A stretch of DNA of 64,000 nucleotides from the NCBI RefSeq assembly GCF_036321535.1, contig NC_087465.1, positions 2,728,001 to 2,792,000 of the forward strand, in the 5' to 3' direction. Position numbers and translations under genes: made by a program. Position 1 is the first letter of the stretch. Every line of letters begins with the position of its first letter. The stretch is from Camelus dromedarius (Eukaryota). Shown piece by piece: positions 24,485 through 33,011 of this stretch. The notes under the pieces were generated by a model. It was not told the DNA's origin, searched no databases, and saw only the letters and a program-made list of their open reading frames with translations.

Positions 24485-24642
24485 TTTTTTTTTTTAAATT
24501 GTGGTGAAATACATATAGCATAAAATATACCATCCTAACCACTTTTCAGTGTCCAGCGCGGTGGCGTGAAGTGCACATGTGCCACCATCACCACCGTCCA
24601 CCCCCAGGACTCCTCTCATCTCACAGAACTGAAACTCTGTCC
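24485..24642 (-). mobile_element. L1MB-type 3' end
   Basis: TTTTAAATTGTGGTGAAATACATATAGCATAAAATATACCATCCTAACCA...CCACCATCACCACCGTCCA. Confidence 0.65.
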
Positions 24643-24952
24643 AAAGGTGCCTTCGGTGTCACTATCTCTTAAACATAGTTTAAAAAAGCAAACTCTGCTT
24701 TCTAGTTGCTTACAGATTTCTAGCAAAATATAAGAGGGTAGTAATATGAAGTAGACCAGCTGTCACAGGTATGGTTGTCGTCTTCGGAAAGAATGGGTTT
24801 GTTAAGGTCTGTTTCAAGCCTGCCCACCTGCAGATGGAGCGTGACCTCCAACAGGTCTCAAGGACATGTCCACTAAGAGCCATTCAAAGCCGACCACGGG
24901 CTGGTGGGTAAAGGCAGTGCGAACGCAGCACTTCCCATGACAAGAACCGGGA

Positions 24953-25624
24953 TGTGACAGATTGTCTGGTCTCTGTCCTGGGTTTCTCACTGACAGGGTG
25001 CCTTTCTTATGCTGATGATGTGACTCTGCTGGGCTCCTGAATGGCGCCAGGTTGGGGGCTGGTCACCAGGGAGACCTACCACTGGATTAGAGGGCTGGGA
25101 CGTTTGGCTTCCTGACCTTTCGCGGGCAGGATGGGGCTGCAGATTGAGTTCAGTCCCAAGGCCGATAACTTGAGCAATCTTGCTGACGTAAGGAAACTCC
25201 AGTAAATACCCCGGACTCTGGGCTCACAGAGTTTAGGGAGGGGGAGGTCCCGACCCACAGGCCGAGGGCAGGGATGCCGTGTGCCCCCCTCACGCCTCGC
25301 CTGGCATGGCTCTTCATTTGGCTGGTCCTCCTGACTTGTATCCTTTTATAATCAAACTGTTGCTGTAAATACAGCGCTTCCCTGAGTTCTGTGAGTTTTT
25401 CTAGCAAAGGACTGAACCTGAGGGCATCACAGGAACCCCTGAATTTATCACCAGTTGCTCAGAGGTGACCTAGGACCCCTGAAACTGCAGCTGGCACCTG
25501 CTGTGAAGGCAGTCTTGCTGGGTGCTGTTCTGCCTGACTGGGGGGGCTGTGCTAACTCCGGGTGGTTAGTGCCAGAACCGAACGGCAGGGCGGTGCAGGC
25601 TAAGGGCTCTTGCGTTGCTACACA
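24953..25624 (+). mobile_element. MER21-family solo LTR
   Basis: GGGGGCTGGTCACCAGG, CCCTGAGTTCTGTGAG...CTAGCAAA and GCTAACTCCGGGTGGTTAGTGCCAGAA match the recalled MER21 consensus. TG...CA ends. Confidence 0.75.
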
Positions 25625-25699
25625 TCTTGCCATCAAGACATTAGCTGCTGTTTGTTCTGGTTCTTTTTAAGGATGTTAGTAAAATTAACAGATTAGCAG

Positions 25700-26108
25700 A
25701 TGTAAAATTAACCACAACAGTGGCACCAAAATGGGTCTGCCTGGGCTAAAGTCAAGGTGTCCCTGCACTGCAGGCTTTCCCGAGGCTCCAGGGGGGGTCA
25801 TTTCCTCGCCTGTTCTAGCTTCGAGGGGCTGCCTGCGTTCCTTGGGCTGCGGCCCCTTCCTCCATCTTCAGAGCACAGCATCTCCAGTCTCTCTGACTTT
25901 GACTCCCCACCTCCGTCTTATAAGGACCCTTGTGATTACATCGAGCCAACCTGGATGACCTGGAATAATCTTCCTATCTTGAGGTTCTTGGCTTAATCAC
26001 ATTGGCTAAGTCCCCTTTGTCTGTAACGTGACACATTCACAAGGGCCAGGTATTCGCACACGGGCAACTTTGGCCGGGGACGGGGGGCATTTTTCTGTCG
26101 CCTAGTCA
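25700..26108 (-). mobile_element. MLT1A-C-type solo LTR
   Basis: GGGCTAAAGTCAAGGTGTC...TCTTATAAGGACCCTTGTGATTACAT...GGAATAATCTTCCTATCT. Confidence 0.75.
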
Positions 26109-26394
26109 AGAAACTACTGCAGCACACACTGCAGTGAGTAACTCCTGCCGAATGAATGCTCTGTCAGTGTGGTCACTTACTTGGTTTCTTTCAATCCAGG
26201 TTCATTGCCTTCACACCCAACGGCATTAACAGAACTGTGTAATTGTGAAATAAATGTCATGTCGCTCCTCTGTGTGAAATTCTTCAGTGGTCTGTCACAG
26301 GGTGTAGTACAAATCCAAACTCCCACCCAGGATGGCCCTGCCCACCTTGCCAGCAGCTTCTGCCACTGATTCACTATATATGTTACACACGGAT

Positions 26395-26490
26395 AACTGA
26401 CATTATATGTAACATAAATATAATATATTATAAATATAATAAAAAATATATAAAACATGATTATATAAATATATATAATATAAAAATACT
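26395..26490. repeat. AT-rich low-complexity (TATA/AATA) tract
   Basis: Almost exclusively A/T. Confidence 0.8.
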
Positions 26491-27189
26491 ACTGGTAATT
26501 GACCACTTTTGATTTATAAAAATAGCCGTTTTATACAGTGCAACCTAGTATCACCATTAACCACACTGATGTGCTGTCACAGTGTAACATGATTGTCTCA
26601 ATGCACCAAACTCCTCCACTTTCCTGTTCTTCTGGTGCCCTTCTCCCTCCCGTGTGTAAACAGACCCCGAGCACACGGTTGCACACATTATGAAGTTCCT
26701 AATTTGATGAGATCGTGCGTGTGATTTACACGAGCTGCCGTTTCTGCAGCTGTCTCCCTCTTGGTGGTGTAGCTTTGTTTGCATCTGGTGGTTGCTTTGC
26801 TGGGAGACTTCAAGTATAATAAGAATCAGAAAAAAAAATCTCACAGGGAGGGATCATTAGTTTAAAAACTGAGGTTTAGAGAAATTCATTGTCTAATTCC
26901 TTCACTGAGAGAGACAAATTCCTGGTCCAAATATGTGATTTCTTTAATAAGATGTAAAATATATAATAAATGAATAGATAAATACATAAATTATGTCAGT
27001 ACCTAACACTCATTAAAAACATCTTCAGATCATCTGTGGAAAAGGTCAGAGATAGTGTTTCCTTCTAGAATTTGTGGGACGTCTTGGACAAAGTAAAGAT
27101 GAAGTCGTTTGCAGCACCTCCACATCAAAGGAAAAACCGGCCACTTGGAGATTACATTCTCCGAAGTAAATTAGTAATACAGCTTCTCA

Positions 27190-27730
27190 CAGCGCCAAGT
27201 GCTCTCATGGACTGAAGCAGGGCGACCTGCTGCGCAGGGACGGGCAGGTGCCCCGGCCTTTCCCCGGGGTGAGCCCGGAGGCCTCTGGGCGCTGGCGCAG
27301 AGCGGGGCCCTGACGGCAGGAGGGGAGGGCGCCGCGTCGCGGCGGAGCGGCAGCGGGGGTGCGGACCGTCCGGGCCGGCACTGGCCAGGGAGGGGCCGGG
27401 AGGCCCAGCCGCGTCTGAACCCGTGTCACCTGGGAAACGACTTGTGAATGGGCTCCCGTCGGGGAAGAATGGAGGCCCCGGGTGGCCCGGGGCCGCCCCG
27501 CCTGCTCCCTGCTCCGCTCCGGCCCCTGGCGCAGAGGCGGCGGGAGGACACGCCGCCGACGAGAGGAGCGGGGCCGGCCCGGCACAGGCCCCCCGCCCGC
27601 CGGCCCGGCCCGGACGCTCCCGAGGAGTCGGACGCCGGCGGCGGGGAGGGACCTCCTGCGGGAGCGGGACCTGCCCTGGGCGCTGCTTTTCCAAGGCACC
27701 GCCCTGCCCCCTGCTGCTCAACTCAGCGGA
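27190..27730. promoter_or_regulatory. Orphan CpG island with RFX X-box at 27425-27438
   Basis: Very GC- and CpG-dense. Contains GTCACCTGGGAAAC. Confidence 0.8.
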
Positions 27731-27914
27731 AAACCACTCAGTGTTTCTCTAACAGGCGCAGGTTCTTCTGGACCACACTTCTCGCTCTCCAGAACATTCT
27801 CAGTCACGTTCGAAGGAGCTTTGTTTCTTGTGTGTTCCACCTCACAGAAGTGCTATTTTCTATATCAGGGGGAAACCAAATTGCGCCTCTGCTCTGAGCT
27901 TTAAAGCCAATATG

Positions 27915-28915
27915 AGACTACAACTCAATCACAGAACCCCCCAGACAACCTGGTTATAAAACGCGCAGAGGACTTGAGCAGACATTTCTCAGAGGAAGAC
28001 ACACGGAAGCCCGCTGGGGCTGGAAGAGACGCGCAGCACCATGAAGCATCAGGGACCGCAGGGCAGACGCCAGCAGGTGTCACCTCACGCCAGGATGGCT
28101 GTCATAGAAAACAAGTGCAGGTGAGGTGGTGGGGAAATCACAGCCCTTGCACAGGGCTGGTGTGCATGTGAGATGGTGTGGCTGCTATGGAAGATAAACG
28201 GAGGTTCCTCAAAAAGTTGAAACTAGAGCCGCCCAGATGATCCCGCAGCCCCACTTACGGGTATTTATCCAAAAGAACCGCAGTCGGGATTTCGGAGATG
28301 CCTGCCCCCTCACGTTCATAACGGCGTTACGTGGCAACGTCCCAGGTGTCTGTCCGCTGTCGGATGGAGGTGTGAGGACAGTGGCGTCCACACACACTGA
28401 GGCGTTGTTCAGCCTTAAGAAAGAAGGAACTCCTGCCATTTGCAGCAGCATGGATGGCCCTGGAGGACATTGTGCTAAGTGAAACAGGCCAGACACGGAA
28501 GGTTGCACAATGCATGATTCCACTCGTGAGGTGTCTAAAATTGTCCAGCTCATACAAGCAGAGAACGCACCGTGGTGGCCAGGGGGCGGGGCGGGGCGGG
28601 GGAAGTGGGGGGCGGCCCCGGGGTGGCAACGGCTCCGCCCTCCGCCCGCAGCCCAGTGCCTGCGGTGACCGTGCGCTGTGCACGTCACAATCTGTTAGGA
28701 GGGCAGCTGTCACGTTAAGTATTGTTACCACGCACGACAAACAACAAAAACAAGAACAAAGGGTCACAAGGACGCTCTGGAACGTGACGCATCCGTCTGT
28801 CCCCCTGACTGTGGTGATGGCACCACGGGTGCTTTGTCCAGACTCACCAGATTGTGCCCCTGAAATACACGCAGTTCGTGTGTGTCACTCACACCTCAGT
28901 GAAGCTGTGAGAAAA
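27915..28915 (+). mobile_element. L1MA/MB-type ORF2 end plus 3' UTR, GC-shifted
   Basis: GACTTGAGCAGACATTTCTC, GAGGTTCCTCAAAAAG, GGAGGACATTGTGCTAAGTGAAA and CCTCAGTGAAGCTGT (degraded poly(A) signal). Confidence 0.85.
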
Positions 28916-29130
28916 CCGCACAACAACACGAGACCTTCAGCCAGGGGTTCTGGGGGCCGAAGGGAAGGCAGTGATGATGACAAGTGACGCAGCTCCCTCC
29001 AGGGCCCCCACCTCCCTGGCTCGTGCCTCGCTCGGAGCCTCTCCCTGCCCGGCGTGCGCTGGCGCTTGCACGGTGTTGAGAGAGTAAGTGGAAAGTGGAG
29101 ACAACACTTGCATATTAATAGCCTACTGCA

Positions 29131-29275
29131 GGGGGAGGATTTAGCTTACGGGGTGGAGCACGTGCTTAGCAAGCACGAGGCCCTGGGTTCAATCCCCGGT
29201 ACCTCCTGTAAAAATAAATACATAAACCTAATTACCTCCCCCACCCAAAAATACATAAATTAAAAAAAAAAAAAG
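29131..29275 (+). mobile_element. Vic-1-type SINE
   Basis: GAGCACGTGCTTAGCAAGCACGAGGCCCTGGGTTCAATCCCCGGTACCTCC, AAACCTAATTACCTCCCC, poly(A). Confidence 0.85.
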
Positions 29276-30369
29276 AATTGGAAAATAAAGCAGTCCAGTG
29301 CAAAAGATCCCTGGCTTGTGACTTGCTAGAAGTCAGAGGCTTTGTTTCTTTTGCTTTGGTTTTAAGCAGGCCCGCGTCTTAAATGGAGCATTTCCTTAAC
29401 ACATGTTGGTTGAATTTAACCAGTTTGCTTGTTATGGGGACTCGACCTCCACGTCGTGGTGTCTCCCGAAACTAAAGCATGCTTCTCAAGATCACTATTC
29501 AAACTGTCAACTTTAAAATAAGGTAAAAAGCTCACACGCTCACAGGCCACATTTTATTTGTATGCCACCAAAGATCCGTTGAAGAAGAGATTAGTTTGTT
29601 GGCCATTTAATAAAATTTTATTTAAAGGAGGTTATTTTGTTGGATATTGTAGGCGACTAGAAAGGCAGAGAAAGTCAGCTGTGTGTGCAGGTGTTTGTAC
29701 GGATCTTTATCAGAACAAAAGGAATGAACTCACTGCTGTGTCCGCACAGCGGCGAATCTCAGACCAGCTCTGTTCTCGGCCAGCGTGTGGTTTGTGCGCT
29801 ACGTGGAGCATTTGCTGTTGCTACGGGTGATCCAGGTGGCAGTGCAAACATCGCTGTCCCGACTGACTGGCACAGACAGAGGTCAAGTTTACTCCTAAGC
29901 AGGTCTGAGCCACAGGGCTGCCAGGCCCTTTTCTCTGAGTCTCCCGAACTCCAGCCCTCCTGATAAGACATTCTGGAAGCAACTGAGGAATTTCTACCTA
30001 CGTTTTGGAAATCACAGGTAAAATCTATGCTTTTTTCTTCTTCTTGCCTTTTTTTTAAAACCAGAAATGGTAATTAAAATTTTAAGTTTTATAATTAGGT
30101 TTTTAAAAGGGAGGATGTCTTACACTTCTATTTCAATGCAGAAGATTGCTTAATGGTGTGGAAACTATGCCAAAGATGGTAAAGGAAGCAGGAAAGGTCT
30201 GAGCTAGATCCCTTTGGGTCTTGGTGGCTGTGGGGAAGGTGAGGGGGCTTGCTTCTCTCGTGGGGCATTTTGGCAGATGTTTCTAAGGTGTCATGGCTTT
30301 CTGAGTTTGTCTGGGCAACTGTTCTCAAGTTCAGGAGCCCGTGGGCCAGGCATAGGTCGTGGGATTGAG

Positions 30370-30700
30370 CCGTAGGGCCCTCAGGGACCACTGGGGGGGC
30401 GTGACACAGAGGAACAGTATGGTCAGTCTTAGGTTTCAGCACTAACACTTTTTACAGTAACTGTGGAGGCAAAGAGGAGGGTGGCTCACAGTGGGGCGGG
30501 ACCCCGTGGATGCCTGAAGACCCCTTAGGAGGCTACGGAGCATCTGATGTGGGATGAGTCCTAGGGGTGAGAAGGGCCAGACAAGGAGTATGAAAAGGAT
30601 GTTCAGCACATGCCGGAGCTGGGACAGGTGTGGGGACTCGGTCCCCAACCGGAGACAGACGGTTTACTAAGGTCTGTGGCTTCTAACCTGGATGACGTTA
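30370..30700 (-). mobile_element. L2 remnant
   Basis: Degenerate L2 antisense motifs (GTGACACAGAGGAACAGTATGGTCAG). Confidence 0.35.
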
Positions 30701-30980
30701 ACTGCTCACATCCTTGCGACTGCGTTTTTCATGCTCAGTAACATTCAAGCAGTGACTATGTTCCTAGTCTGCAGAATGGGTATGTTGAGACGAGCAGCTT
30801 TGGGGGGGCGTCCTGGCAGGAATACAGGTGTGGAGTCGGGGGTGCAGGTCTGAGCTGCCACCCGCCCCCTCTCGGGTGTCTGCCTGCAGGCGAGCCCCCG
30901 GGCCCTCTCACCGACACCGCGGCACTGCGTGACTCTGACTCTTCATCTTAGATTGTTTTTCTCACTGTTCACGTGGAAGT

Positions 30981-32460
30981 TTTTTCCTTTTTTTTTAAAT
31001 TGAAGCATAGTTGATTTACAATGTTGTGTTAGTTTCTGGGTACAGTAAAGTGATTCAGTTATACATATATATACATGTTCTTTTCCATATTCTTTTTCAT
31101 TATAGGTTATTCCAAGCTACTGAATATAGTTCTCTGTGCTGTACAGTGGGACCTTGTTGTTTATCTCTGTATATAGTAGTTTGTATTTGCTAATCCCAAA
31201 CTCCCGATTTATCCCTCCCACTTTCTCCCTTTGGTAACCATAAGTTTGTTTTCTATGTCTGTGAGTCTGTTTCTGGTTTGTAAATAAGGTCATTTGTGTC
31301 ATTTTTTAAGATTCCACATATAAGTGATATCAAGTGATATTTGTCTTTGTCTGACTTCACGTAGTAGGACAGTCTCCAGGTCCATCCGTGTTGCTGCAAA
31401 TGGCATTATTTTATTCTTTTTTTATGGCTGAGTAGTATCCCATTTATATATACACCACAGCTTCTTTATCCAGTCATCTGTCGATGGACATTCAGGTTGC
31501 TTCCATGTCTTGGCTGTTGTAAATAGTGCTGCTGTGAGCATTGGGGTGCAGGGTCTCTTTGAATTAGAGGTTTCTCTGGACATATGCCCAGGAGTGGGAT
31601 GGCTGGATCATATGGTAGCTCTATTTTTAGTTTCTTAAGGAACCTCCACACTGTTCTCCATAGCGGCTGCACCAGACGACATCCCCACCAGCAGTGCAGG
31701 AGGGAACGTAGTTTTTCTCCACACCCTCTCTAGCATTTGTCATTTGTGGACTTTTTAATGATGGCCATTCTGACCGGTGTGTGGTGATATGTCATTGTAC
31801 TTTTGATTTGCATTTTCTGATAATTAGCGATATTGAACATCTTTTCATGTGCCTATTGGCCATCTGTATGTCTTCACTGGAGAAATGTCTGTTGGGTTAT
31901 TTTGGCCATTTTTTGATTGATTTATTTGGTTTTTTGTTATTGAGTTGTATGAGCTGTTTGTATATTTTGGAAGTTAAGCCTTTGAAAGTTGCATTGTCTG
32001 CAAATATTTTCTCCCAGTCTGTAGGTTGTCTTTTTGTTTTATGTATATAGTTTTCTTTGCTGTGCGAATCTTATAAGTTTAAGTGGGTCCATTTGTTTAT
32101 TTTTACTTTTATTTCTGTTGCCTTGGTAGATTGATCTAGAAAAACACTGCTACTATTTGTGTTGGAGAACGTTTTGCCTATGTTCTCTGCTAGGAGACTT
32201 ATGGTGTCCTGTGTTGTATTTAAGTCTTTAAATCATTCTGAGTTTATCTCTGCACATGGTGTCAGGGTGTGTTCTAACTTCACTGATTTACACGCGGCTG
32301 TCCAGCTTTCCCAACACCACCTGCTGAAGAGACTGTCTTTTCTCCATTGTACATTCTTGCCTCCTTTGTTGAAGATGAACTGGCCGTAGGTGTGTGGGTT
32401 TGTTTCTAGACTCTCTATTCTGTTCCACTGATCCATGTGTTTGTTTCTGTGCCAGTATGG
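30981..32460 (-). mobile_element. Young, 5'-truncated L1 (~1.5 kb)
   Basis: Poly(T) then a full 3' UTR. Minus ORFs [29 protein letters not shown] and [27 protein letters not shown] are well-preserved but broken L1 ORF2p. Confidence 0.9.
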
Positions 32461-32961
32461 ACGTTTGTTTTTATTCTGATTAAGCTGCTAGCTGTTCTGA
32501 CTGCTGTGGGGCTGGAAGGAGCATGCAGGACACCCCCTACCCCCAACCCCATCCACCCGGCTCACTTCAGATGTGGACAAGCTGGAGTCGTGGCGTCTTC
32601 TGGCTGCAAGGTCACAGGCGAGAGGTCCTCTCCTCCTGCTCAGGCCCGAGTTCGCCGGACCCGCTCCCCAAGGGGTCCCGGGTGCCCGGTGCCCGGGTTT
32701 CTCCTGAGTCAGCATCGCTCGTGTCCAGGAGGCCTTCCCCAGTCCTTCGTCTTCCCCACCTCCTGTTTCCAAATCTGTCAGGGAGGATAATGGCAGGGTG
32801 TGGGGGGCGCGGCAGACAGTGCCTGGACGTCGTGTGCACCCTGTATATTAATAAGTAGATCTCATGTCTCCTGGTCTGACAAGTCAGTGTCATTTGGGTG
32901 GGGAGACCCAGATGGCCTGCGAGTGGGTCTCCTCGTTTGGCGCCACTGCCGTGCAGTTTGT

Positions 32962-33011
32962 TTTACGTGGGGCCAGAACGGGAGGCTTTACGTGGGGCCA
33001 GAATGGGAGGC
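32962..33011. repeat. 25-bp tandem duplication
   Basis: TTTACGTGGGGCCAGAACGGGAGGC / TTTACGTGGGGCCAGAATGGGAGGC (1 mismatch), then a degenerate partial third unit. Confidence 0.9.

Noticed and set aside
27152-27904. Stacked ORFs (up to 189 aa) over the 27 kb island
   Set aside because: The same GC-island artefact. Open in most frames with no coherent product.
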